Under the pieces are notes generated by a model that did no database searches, was not told the DNA's origin, and saw only the letters and a list, made by a program, of their open reading frames with translations. A stretch of 64,000 bases of DNA. It comes from Candidatus Magasanikbacteria bacterium GW2011_GWA2_37_8. GTDB lineage: Bacteria; Patescibacteriota; Patescibacteriia; Magasanikbacterales; GWA2-37-8. A program made the translations under genes and the position numbers. The stretch lies in contig LBTN01000012.1 of assembly GCA_000992085.1 (NCBI GenBank), positions 1,498 through 65,497 on the forward strand. The letters are read 5' to 3'. Positions 19,068 through 30,078 of the stretch are shown here, piece by piece. The stretch's first letter is position 1, and each line of letters starts with the position of its first letter.

Positions 19068-22000
19068 ATGTCTGAATTTGTCCACTTACACGTTCATAGC
19101 CACTATTCTTTGTTGGATGGTTTGCCAAAAATTGACGAATTGGTGGCTACTGCCAAAAAGCGCGGTTTTTCGGCGTTGGCATTAACCGATCATGGTAACA
19201 TGTATGGTGCTATTGAGTTTTATGAAGCCTGCAAGAAACAAGAAATCAAACCAATTATTGGGGTGGAAGCCTATGTCGCGCCAGTTAGTCGGTTTGAGAA
19301 AAATTCGAGTGAACGTTATCATCATTTAGTTCTGTTGGCTTTAAATTATACTGGTTATAAAAATTTATTAAAATTAGTTTCTTTAGCATCCACCGAAGGT
19401 TTTTATTATAAACCAAGAATGGACAAAGAATTATTGCGTCAGTATCACGAAGGGCTGGTTGCTTCAACTGCTTGTTTTGGTGGAGAAATCCCTCGATTAT
19501 TACGCGCGGGTAATTATGAACAAGCAAAAATTGTTGCTTTAGAATATCAAGAAATTTTTGGGGTAGATAATTTTTATTTAGAACTAATGGATCTGCCTGC
19601 GCTAGAAGGTCAGATGGCATTAAATGATCAATTAATTGCTTTATCAAAAGATACAGGGATACCAGTAATTGTTACGCGTGATGTACACTATCTTGATCCG
19701 GAAGATTCGGAAGCCCAAGATATTTTAACTTGTATTCGTGATGGGCGAACTTTGGATGATGCCGACAGAGAAACATTAGTTGGTATTGATTGTTCGTTTG
19801 CCAAAGCCAACGATATTGCTAGCCGATTTAAACATATTCCAGAAGCATTAAGCAATACTGTTAAAATTGCTGAGCGAGTTGATTTGCAATTAGAACTTAA
19901 CAAATGGCATTTCCCATCACTTAATTTGCCAGTTGGCCAAACCGCTGATGATTATTTGCGTGAATTGGTATACAACCAATTACCTGTTTTAATGGAAGTA
20001 ACTGATGAAGTAAAAAAGCGGGCAGATTACGAATTAGATATTATTGCTAAAAAAGGTTATTCGCCATATTTTTTGGTAGTAGCCGATTATGTAAAATATG
20101 CTCGTGAGCATGACATTATCGAAACCACTCGTGGTTCGGGTGCTGGTTCTTTGGTTTCTTATGCTATGGATATTACTACAGTTAATCCATTGTCTTTTAA
20201 ACTACCATTCGAACGTTTTCTTAATCCATTTCGTCCATCACCACCCGATATTGATGCGGATTTTGCCGACGACAGACGTGATGATATGATTGCCTATGTA
20301 ACCGAAAAATATGGCGCAGACAAAGTTGCCCAGATTATTACATTCGGTACGATGGCGGCGCGTGGGGCAGTGCGTGATGTAGCGCGCGCTTTGGGATATT
20401 CGTATTCACTGGGTGATCAAGTTTCTAAATTAATCCCGTTTGGTGCGCAAGGTTTTCAAATGACAATTGCCAAAGCACTTAATTTGGAGCCAGAATTGAA
20501 AAAGATTTATAACGAAAATCCACAGGTACATCGTTTGTTAGATTTGGCCCAAAAAATCGAAGGTTGCGCGCGTCATACTTCGATGCACGCGGCTGGTGTG
20601 GTAATTTCGCCAACACCATTAACCGATTTTACCCCAATACAATATGAAACTGGTGGTGAAAGAATTGTAACCCAATATGAAATGCATGCTGTAGAAGCTG
20701 CCGGTTTATTAAAAATGGACTTTTTGGGTATTCGCAATTTATCTATTTTGGGCCATGCTGTCGAAATTGTGGCCAAAACCACCGGACAAAAAATTAATAT
20801 TTTTAAATTGCCACTTGATGATAAAAAAACTTATGAAATGCTAGCTCGGGGTGAAACTATGGGTGTATTCCAGCTTTCTGGTTCGGGCATGACCAGATAT
20901 TTAAAAGAATTAAAACCAACCACTATTTTTGATATCATGGCGATGGTGGCGCTTTTCCGTCCGGGTCCAATGGATCAAATTCCCGAATATATTCGTCGCA
21001 AAAATCATGCTGATTTAATTGAGTATCTTGATCCGCGCATGAAAGATTATTTGGATCAATCCCTTGGCTTGATTGTTTATCAGGACGATGTTTTATTAAC
21101 CGCCATTAATTTGGGTGGTTACAATTGGGAAGAAGCCGACAAGTTTCGTAAAGCCATGGGTAAAAAAATTCCCGAAGAAATGGCCAAACAAAAAGATAAA
21201 TTTTTTAAAGGTTGCAAAGAATTTGGTAAATTACCAGAAATAAAAATTCATCGGTTGTGGGAAATGATCGAACCGTTTGCGGCGTATGGATTTAATAAGG
21301 CACATGCAGCAAGTTATGGTATGGTGGCTTACCAAACTGCTTATATGAAAGCTAATTATCCGGTGCAGTATATGACCGCGGTTTTGATTGCCGAATCGGG
21401 GGATATGGATAAGGTGCCTGAAATTATTCACGAGTGTGAGAAAATGGGAGTAAAGGTAATGCCGCCAGATATTAATGAAAGTTTTAAAAATTTTGCGATG
21501 GTGGGTTGGGAAGATAATGGTCAAGCCCATATCCGGTTTGGTTTAAGTGGTATTAAAAATTTGGGCGAACATATTGCCGACGTAATTTATCGTGAACGAA
21601 AAACCAATGGTCGTTATACTTCGCTTGAAGATTTGTTGCGTCGCGTGCAAGATAGAGATTTAAATAAAAAATCACTAGAAAGTTTGACAAAGTGTGGTGC
21701 CTTGGATAGCTTTGGCTCTGATCGGGGGCTACTTTTAAGTAATATGGATAATTTACTGTCTTTTGCCAAACAAATAGAAGAACAAGGCAAATCTAACCAA
21801 AATTCTTTATTTACTAATACTGCTATTGATATAATTTCTAAATTACGTTTGGAAGCTGGCCCAGAGGCCACGGAACAAGAAAAATTAACTTGGGAAAAAG
21901 AATTACTAGGCTTATATATTACCGCTCATCCTTTTGCAAAATATCAAACTGCTATGCAGGGCGTGTTAACTGATATTAAAGATTTAAAAAATCAGCCGTG

Positions 22001-22535
22001 TCATTCTTGGGTGGTGGTGGGCGGGGTGATTGATACTGCTAAAAAGAAAATAACGCGTAGCGGTCAGGCAATGATGTTTGTTACTTTGCTTGATACTACG
22101 GATAGTATGGAATTATTAGTTTTTCCAAGAACTTATGAAACTACCAAAGATGTTTGGGTGGAAGGTAAAATGGTGTGTGTGGTAGGGCGTACTTCCGATG
22201 ATGAAGAAGACGATAAATTGTTTGTAGAAAAAGCCTATGAAATATCGGAAGAAAATGTAGCCTATTTAAGGCAACAATTAAATGTAAAAAATTCGGTAAC
22301 CACACCGGTTCGCCAAGAAGTACGAGTTAGTAAATTAACAGTTTTTTCTGATTATATAGAAATTAATTTAACAGCCGCCGAAGTGAAAGCCAAAGCTGAA
22401 GCCATAAAATTGATTTTAGGAAAATATAAAGGAGAGCAGGCGGTTTATTTGATTGTAGGCGATAAAAAAATAAAAACCTCCTTTTTAGTGGAGGCTAGCA
22501 ATGGATTAATAGACGAATTAAATCAAGTTTTATAA
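19068..22535 (+). CDS. dnaE: DNA polymerase III alpha subunit
   Basis: HLHVHSHYSLLDG PHP, RGSGAGS, FERFLNP, PDIDADF, YGFNKAH, OB fold. Confidence 0.98.
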   Translation: MSEFVHLHVHSHYSLLDGLPKIDELVATAKKRGFSALALTDHGNMYGAIEFYEACKKQEIKPIIGVEAYVAPVSRFEKNSSERYHHLVLLALNYTGYKNLLKLVSLASTEGFYYKPRMDKELLRQYHEGLVASTACFGGEIPRLLRAGNYEQAKIVALEYQEIFGVDNFYLELMDLPALEGQMALNDQLIALSKDTGIPVIVTRDVHYLDPEDSEAQDILTCIRDGRTLDDADRETLVGIDCSFAKANDIASRFKHIPEALSNTVKIAERVDLQLELNKWHFPSLNLPVGQTADDYLRELVYNQLPVLMEVTDEVKKRADYELDIIAKKGYSPYFLVVADYVKYAREHDIIETTRGSGAGSLVSYAMDITTVNPLSFKLPFERFLNPFRPSPPDIDADFADDRRDDMIAYVTEKYGADKVAQIITFGTMAARGAVRDVARALGYSYSLGDQVSKLIPFGAQGFQMTIAKALNLEPELKKIYNENPQVHRLLDLAQKIEGCARHTSMHAAGVVISPTPLTDFTPIQYETGGERIVTQYEMHAVEAAGLLKMDFLGIRNLSILGHAVEIVAKTTGQKINIFKLPLDDKKTYEMLARGETMGVFQLSGSGMTRYLKELKPTTIFDIMAMVALFRPGPMDQIPEYIRRKNHADLIEYLDPRMKDYLDQSLGLIVYQDDVLLTAINLGGYNWEEADKFRKAMGKKIPEEMAKQKDKFFKGCKEFGKLPEIKIHRLWEMIEPFAAYGFNKAHAASYGMVAYQTAYMKANYPVQYMTAVLIAESGDMDKVPEIIHECEKMGVKVMPPDINESFKNFAMVGWEDNGQAHIRFGLSGIKNLGEHIADVIYRERKTNGRYTSLEDLLRRVQDRDLNKKSLESLTKCGALDSFGSDRGLLLSNMDNLLSFAKQIEEQGKSNQNSLFTNTAIDIISKLRLEAGPEATEQEKLTWEKELLGLYITAHPFAKYQTAMQGVLTDIKDLKNQPCHSWVVVGGVIDTAKKKITRSGQAMMFVTLLDTTDSMELLVFPRTYETTKDVWVEGKMVCVVGRTSDDEEDDKLFVEKAYEISEENVAYLRQQLNVKNSVTTPVRQEVRVSKLTVFSDYIEINLTAAEVKAKAEAIKLILGKYKGEQAVYLIVGDKKIKTSFLVEASNGLIDELNQVL

Positions 22536-22548
22536 TATCAAACCTTCA

Positions 22549-23613
22549 TTATCTTCCTAATTCCCAATTTGGATCAGCAGTAAGATTTTGCCAGTCGGTA
22601 AAATCTTTTTTTATTGCCTGTTTATACCCAGCTACCGCAATCATAGCAGCGTTATCCATACAATATTTTAGCGAAGGAACAAGGAATAAAGAATAAGGAA
22701 TAAATTGTTTTATAGCGCCAGACAGTTCTTCGCGTAATTTTTTATTGGCAGCCACACCACCACCGAGAATAATTGTTTTAAGCTTGTATTCCTCTGCAGC
22801 TTTGATGGTCTTTTTTACCAATACATCAACAATAGCTTGTTCGAAAGAAGCGCAAAAATCGTTTGTAGTTGGTTCGCTATTTGATTGTCCGTAAATTCCT
22901 GTCGGCAGTTCGTAGGGAATAATTTTTTCCGCTGTTAATTTATTGTCTCGCAGCCAATAAAGAGCCGAGGTTTTAAGTCCAGAAAAAGAAAAATTTAAAT
23001 TATCACTATCAAGCATTGGACGAGGAAAAGAAATCGTTTTAGTATTTCCAGTTTCAGCCAGTTTAGAAATCTGGGGGCCACCAGGGTAGGGAAGACCAAG
23101 TAGTTTGGCTACTTTATCAAAACATTCGCCAGCAGCATCATCCAAAGTCGCTCCTAAAATTTTATAATCACCCGGTTCTGTTATATAAATTAATTCGGTA
23201 TGTCCGCCGCTAACAATTAAAGCCAGTGCTGGATATTGAATTTTATATTCACCAATTTCTACAGCATGTATATGGCCAGAAATATGATTTACTGAAACCG
23301 TAGGAATATTTTTTGTCCAAGCCAAAGTGCGGGCGGCTTCGGTGCCAACAATTAAACCAGTAATTAAACCTGGGCCAGTAGTTACCGCAATTATATCTGG
23401 TTTTGATTGACCGGTTAAAACCTGTTCAATTAGTGGCACAATTTTTTCGGCATGCATCCGTCCAGCAATTTCTGGTACTACGCCGCCATATTTTTGATGA
23501 ATTTCAATTTGAGAAGCAGTTGATTCTTTAATAACAAAACAGCCCTGTTCGGAACAATCCAAAAGGGCTACAGAAGTATCGTCGCAAGATGATTCAATTC
23601 CTAGTATTAACAT
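22549..23613 (-). CDS. tsaD: tRNA t6A threonylcarbamoyltransferase
   Basis: LGIESSCDDT, GGVVPE, NHISGH, VSGGHT, DDAAGECFDK, DNAAMIA. Confidence 0.97.
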   Translation of the reverse strand: MLILGIESSCDDTSVALLDCSEQGCFVIKESTASQIEIHQKYGGVVPEIAGRMHAEKIVPLIEQVLTGQSKPDIIAVTTGPGLITGLIVGTEAARTLAWTKNIPTVSVNHISGHIHAVEIGEYKIQYPALALIVSGGHTELIYITEPGDYKILGATLDDAAGECFDKVAKLLGLPYPGGPQISKLAETGNTKTISFPRPMLDSDNLNFSFSGLKTSALYWLRDNKLTAEKIIPYELPTGIYGQSNSEPTTNDFCASFEQAIVDVLVKKTIKAAEEYKLKTIILGGGVAANKKLREELSGAIKQFIPYSLFLVPSLKYCMDNAAMIAVAGYKQAIKKDFTDWQNLTADPNWELGR

Positions 23614-23631
23614 ATAGGTTTAATTGCAGAC

Positions 23632-23708
23632 TGGTGACAGGGGGGAGAGTCGAACTCCCGACCTGAGGGTTATGAATCCTCCGCTCTTACCAACTGAGCT
23701 ACCCTGCC
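23632..23708 (-). tRNA. tRNA with CAT anticodon (elongator Met or Ile2), CCA encoded
   Basis: Cloverleaf GGCAGGG..TAGCTCAGTTGGTAAGAGC..TT-CAT-AA..GTTCGAC..CCCTGTC-A-CCA; G1-C72 argues against initiator. Confidence 0.93.
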
Positions 23709-23869
23709 GTAAAAACATGAGTATTTTATATGAAAAACGTGCAAAAGTCAACTTTGTTAATTATTTTGTTAATTATTTATGTTATTTATGCTATAATTAA
23801 GCAAGTTAGTATAATTTGTTTAATTATCAAATTTTAGATAGAATTAGCTTATTCTTAACTTATCAAATT

Positions 23870-24658
23870 ATGTCTAAAACTATCGGTTTGGCTTTGGGTA
23901 GTGGCGGTTTAAAAGGTTTAGCTCATGTAGGTGTGATAAAAGTATTAGAAAAAAATAAAATAAAAATTAGCCATATTGCTGGCACTAGTATGGGGGCGTT
24001 AGTTGGTGCTTATTATGCGTTATATCAAAATGCCGTCGATTTAGAGATGGTTGCTTTGGGTGGTAAATGGGATAAATTTTTATCTTTGCTTGCGCCAACT
24101 TTTAAACTGGGTTTTGTTAAAGGAGAGAAGGTTGAAAAATTATTAAATATTTGGTTTGGCAATAAAGAATTTAAGGACACTAAAATTCCTTTACGAATTA
24201 TTGCTACTGATTTAGTTACTGGTAAAGAAGTTGTTTTTTCGAAAGGTAAAATTGCCGATGCAGTTCGGGCCAGTGTTTCTATCCCAATGTTTTTTCAGCC
24301 GGTTAAAAACTCTACACAATTATTAGTTGATGGTGGATTGTGCCAACCAGTACCGGTTAAAGCAGTACGTGATGCTGGTGCAAAATTTGTGGTAGCGGTC
24401 AATCTAGATAACTATCAAGTTAATAAGTGGTTTAAACCAAATCAAGCTTCGCTCGCTAGTATTACTATTCGTAGTTTTGATATAGTCCGTCATTACCTAG
24501 GACATTGTTCTTCAGCAGCTGCAGATATGATAGTTGAGCCTCGTTTTAATGATAACGACCTAACCGTATGGAAGAAGTATTTTATTAGTAATACCGGTAA
24601 AGATTCTGTTCTAGAAGGGGAGCGGGCGATGAAAAAACAAATTAAAAAGTTATTGTAG
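23870..24658 (+). CDS. Patatin-like phospholipase (RssA/NTE family)
   Basis: LGSGGLKG, GTSMG, VDGG. Confidence 0.92.
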   Translation: MSKTIGLALGSGGLKGLAHVGVIKVLEKNKIKISHIAGTSMGALVGAYYALYQNAVDLEMVALGGKWDKFLSLLAPTFKLGFVKGEKVEKLLNIWFGNKEFKDTKIPLRIIATDLVTGKEVVFSKGKIADAVRASVSIPMFFQPVKNSTQLLVDGGLCQPVPVKAVRDAGAKFVVAVNLDNYQVNKWFKPNQASLASITIRSFDIVRHYLGHCSSAAADMIVEPRFNDNDLTVWKKYFISNTGKDSVLEGERAMKKQIKKLL

Positions 24659-24662
24659 TTTT

Positions 24663-26288
24663 ATGTTGCGTAGGTTTGTAGATTATTTAAAAATTAATAA
24701 AACTTATTTTGGTTTATTAATATTTTTTATTTTAATAATAGTTTTGGTTAACCCAATTGGAGAATTTGCTTTAAATGACGATTGGTTTTATGCGGTAGCA
24801 GTACGAGATTTTGGTTGGAATTTTAGATTTGATCCTTTAATCACACCAGCACTTATTGGGCAGATATTATACGGAACAGTTTTAATAAAATTATTTGGTT
24901 TTAGTTTTACTATTTTACGCCTGTCTACTTTGGTGTTGGCGGTAGTGACAATGTTAGTATTATTTAAATTATTAAAAATAAAAGGCTGGTCAATCGGCGG
25001 GGCGTTACTTGGGGTGGGGTTAATATTTTTTAATCCCATTTTTTTTAATCTCAGCTTTACTTTTATGACGGACGTGCCAGCGCTGTCTTTAGTTATTGTT
25101 AGTTTGTATTATTTTTATCAGTTTAATCAAACTGGGAAAAGTAGATTTTTTATTTTTGCTCAGTTGCTAGCTTTTGGCGCTGGTTTTATTCGACAAAATT
25201 ATTTAATTTTACCATTATTATCTTTAGTTTTAATTTTAACTAATACTAGAAAAAAAGATTTTAAACTTTGGTTAATATATGGCGTAAGTTTGCTGGCAGG
25301 TGTTTTATTATATTATTTTTTCCAATCGCATGGTTGGTGGCCGCAAGGGGCGGTAACTATGCACAGTTTTAATAACGGGCGGGCGTTACTAAACAATGCC
25401 TTATGGCAGGGTTATTATTTGGTTGGTTATCTGGCTCTATTTTTATCACCAATAATTATTGGTGGGTTTTTAGCTGTTGGTAATCGTACCCGTCTATATT
25501 TAGCTGGTGCAGGGTTATTAGGGATAGGACTGTCTTTAGTTTTGTATTTTACAAAGCATTTAACTTTTCCGTATTTCCGTAATATTATTAATATTTATGG
25601 TTTAGGAGCAAGAGGGGCGAATGAAGTTTTAACTGGTACGCCAACAATCACTATTAATTCTAGTGTCCAATTGTGGTTAACAATCTTGGTTGGTTTTTTG
25701 GTTGGTTTGGCAATAGGGTTTTTAATTAAACAGATAATTGATAATCGGAATATAAAGTTTAGAGAAATTGATTGGGTAACTATATTTTTAGGTTTAAATT
25801 TGTTAGCCCAAATAGCGGCGATAATGTATTTGGTTAGTTTTGACAGGTATTATTTAGCGCCGCTAGTGTTTATACTTTTGTTAATACCCGCAATCAAATT
25901 TTCCAGAAGGATAGTTTATGCTAGCGGGATATTATTATTTTTAATGGCTATTTATGCTGTTGTGGGCACCTATAATTATTTGGCCGAAAATAAGATAAAA
26001 TGGGCTGTGGCCAATACTTTGGTTGCACAAGGTGCTCTGCCTGCCGAAATTGATGCTGGATACGAATGGTTGGGTTGGAATACAAGACAATTGGTTCAAA
26101 AAAAATTACCTACGTTTACCAACGAAAAACCTTGGTATATGGCACGAATTTTTACAGACAACACCCGCCAATATGTGGTAAATTACAATTCAGTTTTAAC
26201 AGGTTATAATTTAGTGTCTAGTTATAGTTATAATAAGTTTTTATTTGGAACAGGGAGTTTATATTTATTGAAAAAGATAGAATTATGA
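24663..26288 (+). CDS. GT-C (ArnT/PMT-like) membrane glycosyltransferase
   Basis: Multi-TM, LNDDW acidic motif after TM1, FMTDVP, RQ, DRY. Confidence 0.75.
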   Translation: MLRRFVDYLKINKTYFGLLIFFILIIVLVNPIGEFALNDDWFYAVAVRDFGWNFRFDPLITPALIGQILYGTVLIKLFGFSFTILRLSTLVLAVVTMLVLFKLLKIKGWSIGGALLGVGLIFFNPIFFNLSFTFMTDVPALSLVIVSLYYFYQFNQTGKSRFFIFAQLLAFGAGFIRQNYLILPLLSLVLILTNTRKKDFKLWLIYGVSLLAGVLLYYFFQSHGWWPQGAVTMHSFNNGRALLNNALWQGYYLVGYLALFLSPIIIGGFLAVGNRTRLYLAGAGLLGIGLSLVLYFTKHLTFPYFRNIINIYGLGARGANEVLTGTPTITINSSVQLWLTILVGFLVGLAIGFLIKQIIDNRNIKFREIDWVTIFLGLNLLAQIAAIMYLVSFDRYYLAPLVFILLLIPAIKFSRRIVYASGILLFLMAIYAVVGTYNYLAENKIKWAVANTLVAQGALPAEIDAGYEWLGWNTRQLVQKKLPTFTNEKPWYMARIFTDNTRQYVVNYNSVLTGYNLVSSYSYNKFLFGTGSLYLLKKIEL

Positions 26289-27001
26289 AGGTAGAATTTT
26301 GTTTGCCGGTTTATAATGAGGCCGCAATTTTAAAAGATAATGTTTTGCGTTTATTAGGTTTTGTTAAACAGCAAAATTTTTCTTTTGATTGGCAAATAGT
26401 TTTGATTGTTAATGGATCTAGTAAAGAATTTGAAGATTTAGCGAAGGGTATTTCGAATGATTTTGATAGCTTAATTAAAACAGTAATATATGCCGAGAAA
26501 GGTAAAGGGCGAGCAATAAAAAATTATGCTTTAGTATCGACAGCTGACGTTTTTGTTTATATGGACGCAGATTTGGCTGTGGCCTTAACTGATTTGCCTA
26601 GTTTGGTTACGCCGTTATTAAATAACGAAGCCGATTTAGTAATGGGGTCGCGGTTATTAAAAGGATCAAAAAAAGAGCGATCATTTTTTCGAGAGTTTAG
26701 TTCTTTAATATATATCTGGCTTTCTAAAATTATCCTTCGTCATAGTTTCTCCGATTTACAGTGTGGTTTTAAGGCAATTAATTTACAAAAATTCAAACAA
26801 ATAGTTCCTTTAATAAAAGATAATCAATGGTTTTTTGATACAGAATTGATTTATTTGTTTCAAAAAAATAATTGGCGAATTAAAGAAATACCAGTAGATT
26901 GGTCGGAAAATCGCTATCAAGCGCGAAGAAGTAAAATAAAAGTATTTAAAGATGGGTGGAGTTTTTTGAAGAAATTAGTTGAGTTAAGAGTGAGAAAATA
27001 A
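26285..27001 (+). CDS. GT2 polyprenol-phosphate glycosyltransferase
   Basis: PVYNE, GKG, MDADL, GSR, DLQCGFK, WFFDTE. Confidence 0.9.
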   Translation: MKVEFCLPVYNEAAILKDNVLRLLGFVKQQNFSFDWQIVLIVNGSSKEFEDLAKGISNDFDSLIKTVIYAEKGKGRAIKNYALVSTADVFVYMDADLAVALTDLPSLVTPLLNNEADLVMGSRLLKGSKKERSFFREFSSLIYIWLSKIILRHSFSDLQCGFKAINLQKFKQIVPLIKDNQWFFDTELIYLFQKNNWRIKEIPVDWSENRYQARRSKIKVFKDGWSFLKKLVELRVRK

Positions 27002-27052
27002 ACTAAGTAGACCGGTTGACATCTGCTTAAAATCCAGTTACTCTATGTATCT

Positions 27053-28297
27053 ATGAATAAAATAGAAATAATGTCTCCAGCGGGGTCGTTTGCCTCGCTT
27101 AACGCTGCTATTAAAGCCGGTGCCAATTCCGTGTATTTTGGTATTTTACAGCTTAATATGCGCGCTCGTTCGGCCAATAATTTTAAAATAACCGATTTAT
27201 CAAAGATTGTTCGTATTTGTAAAAAGAATAATGTTAAAACGTATCTTACGGTTAATACTATTCTTTATGATAGTGATTTGGCGCTGATGAAAAAGATTTG
27301 TAAGGCAGCCAAGAAAAATGGCATAACGGCTATTATTGCTTCCGATATAGCTGCTTTGCAATATGCCAGCTCGATCGGTTTGGAAGTTCATATTTCCACC
27401 CAACAAAATGTAAGCAATATCGAGGCTGTTCGTTTTTTTTCTAAATTTGCCGATGTAGTTGTGTTGGCTCGTGAACTTAGTTTAAAACAAATAGAAAAAA
27501 TAATTGAACAAATAAAAAAAGAAAAAATTGTGGGGCCCAGTGGAAAGTTGATTAGAATCGAATTATTTGCCCACGGTGCGCTGTGCGTATCTATTTCTGG
27601 CAAATGTTATATGAGTTTAACCACGCAAAATGCTTCGGCTAATCGAGGAATTTGCAGGCAAAATTGTCGTCGAACTTATCGAGTAATTGATGAAGAAAAT
27701 GGAGACGAGTTGGTGTTGGATAATAAGTATATTATGTCGCCAAAAGATTTGTGTACGATTGGCTTTTTAGACAAATTGGTAAAAGCCGGTGTAAGCGTAT
27801 TTAAATTAGAAGGCCGAGGTCGTGCACCAGATTATGTTTATACTGTAACCAAATGTTATCACGAAGCGGTGGAGGCGGTAGAAAATAATGTATATACTAA
27901 AGAAAAAATTAGAGCTTGGACCGAACAATTAGAAAAAGTTTACAATCGTGGTTTGTGGCATGGTGGATACTATTTAGGTAAAAAACTTGGCGAGTGGAGC
28001 GGAGAGTATGGTTCTCATACTACTACTCAAAATGATTATATAGGGCGTGTTACTAATTTTTTTCGTAAAGCTGGCGTAGGGGAATTTGTTCTTGAAGCAG
28101 GTAATCTTAAACTCGGTGAAGAAATTTTAATTACCGGTGATACTACTGGCGCAGTAAAATGCAAAGTCGATGAAATGTTTGTAAACGACAAGCCAGCAAA
28201 GATAGCCAAGAAAGGTGATTTAATAACTTTCAAAACTCCCGATCGCATTCGTTTTAATGACAGGTTGTTTGTAATTCGGAATCGCAGTAAAAAGTAA
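27053..28297 (+). CDS. Peptidase U32 family (TrhP/RlhA-like RNA hydroxylase)
   Basis: HISTQ, LAREL, HGALCVSISGKC, RGICRQNCR, SPKDLC, KLEGR. Confidence 0.93.
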   Translation: MNKIEIMSPAGSFASLNAAIKAGANSVYFGILQLNMRARSANNFKITDLSKIVRICKKNNVKTYLTVNTILYDSDLALMKKICKAAKKNGITAIIASDIAALQYASSIGLEVHISTQQNVSNIEAVRFFSKFADVVVLARELSLKQIEKIIEQIKKEKIVGPSGKLIRIELFAHGALCVSISGKCYMSLTTQNASANRGICRQNCRRTYRVIDEENGDELVLDNKYIMSPKDLCTIGFLDKLVKAGVSVFKLEGRGRAPDYVYTVTKCYHEAVEAVENNVYTKEKIRAWTEQLEKVYNRGLWHGGYYLGKKLGEWSGEYGSHTTTQNDYIGRVTNFFRKAGVGEFVLEAGNLKLGEEILITGDTTGAVKCKVDEMFVNDKPAKIAKKGDLITFKTPDRIRFNDRLFVIRNRSKK

Positions 28298-28373
28298 TAT
28301 TAAAAAACACCGTGTAATGGCCCGTACCCTGTATACTAGACACATTGTCTCATCTCGGGCAAAATAAAATCAT

Positions 28374-28634
28374 ATGTATAAACGCCACGACCAATCGTTC
28401 AAGGACGAGATCCTTGCAATAATAAAAAACGGCACAAAAGTGCCTGACGTTTGTGCTCAATATAATATGAGCACAAAAACAGTGTATGCCTGGCTTCGGG
28501 CTCAGGCGGATAATACTGGTACGAGTTCATTAGAGCTCGCTCGTCTTAGACGGGAAAACCAGGAATTAAAAGAAATTATCGGTATGTTCGCTCTTGAAAA
28601 AAAGCGAACGGAAAAAAATACGAAGAGCGCGTGA
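28374..28634 (+). CDS. IS3 OrfA (HTH)
   Basis: FKDEIL..TVYAW..ELARLRRENQELKEI. Confidence 0.85.
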   Translation: MYKRHDQSFKDEILAIIKNGTKVPDVCAQYNMSTKTVYAWLRAQADNTGTSSLELARLRRENQELKEIIGMFALEKKRTEKNTKSA

Positions 28635-29353
28635 ATATATGGCCAAAGTTAAAACCAAAACAGCATTGGCCAAAGAACTTGGTATTGCTCGCTCTTCTCT
28701 TTACTATCAACCCAAAAAGCCTGTTTCAGACGAAGAATTAAAAAAACAAATTATTGCTGTCATGACGGAACACCCAGCTTACGGCCACCGGCGGGTAGCT
28801 CTGGCACTAGGAAAAAACAAAAAACCAATTATTCGGGTAATGAAGGTTAATCACTTAAAACCAAAAATTCGTCGTGGCTGGAAGCCAACTAAGTCAGAAG
28901 ATTTAAACCGGCCAGAGACACGGGTAGAAAATGTTTTAAAAGTAGTTTATCCGGTTCGTCCGAATGTAATTTGGGCCGGAGATTTCACTTACCTCTGGTT
29001 TGTTGATCGATTCTGGTATGTAGCAACAGTAATTGATATTTACACGAGAGAAATTGTCGGTTGGCATATTGCCAACCATCACACGACCACGCTCACACCA
29101 AGTCACACCATCGCATAGTCGTAAATCCAGTCCTTGGCAGAACGGTTTCCAAGAATCTTTTTATTCACAGTTTAAATTGGAATTAGGTAATCTTAATCGT
29201 TTTAATCACATTGGCGAACTAATTGAGGCTGTGCATCAACAAATTGCTTACTACAATTTTCGTCGTATCCACTCGGTTCTAAAAATGCCGCCAGTACTTT
29301 TCAAAGAAAAATATTTACAAAAAAATACCACTTACATGGTATTAACAACTTAA
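28594..29353 (+). pseudogene. IS3 OrfB DDE transposase, broken near 29095
   Basis: YGHRR, WAGDFTY, VIDIYTREIVGW, then a frame change to SPWQNGFQESF..YYNFRRIHS; HSDQG segment missing. Confidence 0.87.
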
Positions 29354-29464
29354 TTTATTTACTCATCCGAATGAGAAAGAGTGTCTAAAATTTGGGGTAC
29401 TTGCCACGAGGGTTCGCGCAATTTCCTTGGTCGTTATTGTCCGAAAAAAGCTCTTGTGTTAACT

Positions 29465-29539
29465 TGGTAGCCCCAACGGGAATCGAACCCGTGTTTTCTC
29501 ATTGAAAGCGAGATATCCTAACCATTAGATGATGGGGCC
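29465..29539 (-). tRNA. tRNA-Glu(TTC), CCA encoded
   Basis: GGCCCCA..TCTCG CT-TTC-AA TGAGA..GTTCGATTC..TGGGGCT-A-CCA. Confidence 0.95.
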
Positions 29540-29605
29540 TTTAATTATGTTGATCATTATAAAACATTTTTTTAATTAAGTCAATGCCCTTTATTTTTTT
29601 AAATA

Positions 29606-29638
29606 AAAAATCCCCAAAGTATTCTTGTGGGGATTTTT
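29606..29638 (-). terminator. Terminator after hup
   Basis: aaaaatcccca...tggggattttt inverted repeat. Confidence 0.7.
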
Positions 29639-29643
29639 GTTAT

Positions 29644-29922
29644 TTATGCTTTTAGAGCATCTTTTAAAGCCTTTCCAGCCTTGAATTTTGGTACAGTTAC
29701 AGCTGGGATTTGGATTTTTTGAGAAGGATTTTGTGGGTTGACGCCAACGCGGCCAGCACGTTTCTTGGCACTAAAAGCGCCGAAACCAGTTAATACTACT
29801 TCTCCACCCTTTTTTAATTCAGCAGTTACTACATCAGTAAAAGTGTTTAACATTTCTTCAGCTTCACGCTTGGAAACATTTAATTTTTCTGCCAAAACTT
29901 GGGATAATTCAGCTTTGTTCAT
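29644..29922 (-). CDS. hup: DNA-binding protein HU
   Basis: MNKAEL, GFGAF, RVGVNPQ, PKFKAGKALK. Confidence 0.96.
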   Translation of the reverse strand: MNKAELSQVLAEKLNVSKREAEEMLNTFTDVVTAELKKGGEVVLTGFGAFSAKKRAGRVGVNPQNPSQKIQIPAVTVPKFKAGKALKDALKA

Positions 29923-30078
29923 AGTGTCACCCCCTTCCGATTGGAGTTTGTCATATATTTTTGTTTATGTTTAACTATTTTTAGTATATCACAATCAGAT
30001 TTTTTTGGCTAGGTTGACAAAAAGTTTATCCACAGTGTACCACGTTGGGTACACTGCAAGCAGTAAGAGGGTGGAAGG

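Larger units (their letters stand above)
28318..29406 (+). mobile_element. IS3-family insertion sequence, internally deleted
   Basis: Imperfect ~40-bp terminal IRs starting TG/ending CA (tggcccgtaccc..tagacac..tctcat vs tggcaagtaccc..tagacac..tctcat); orfA/orfB layout. Confidence 0.9.

Noticed and set aside
19068..22535. Intein in DnaE
   Set aside because: Normal length (1155 aa), continuous motifs, no intein signatures
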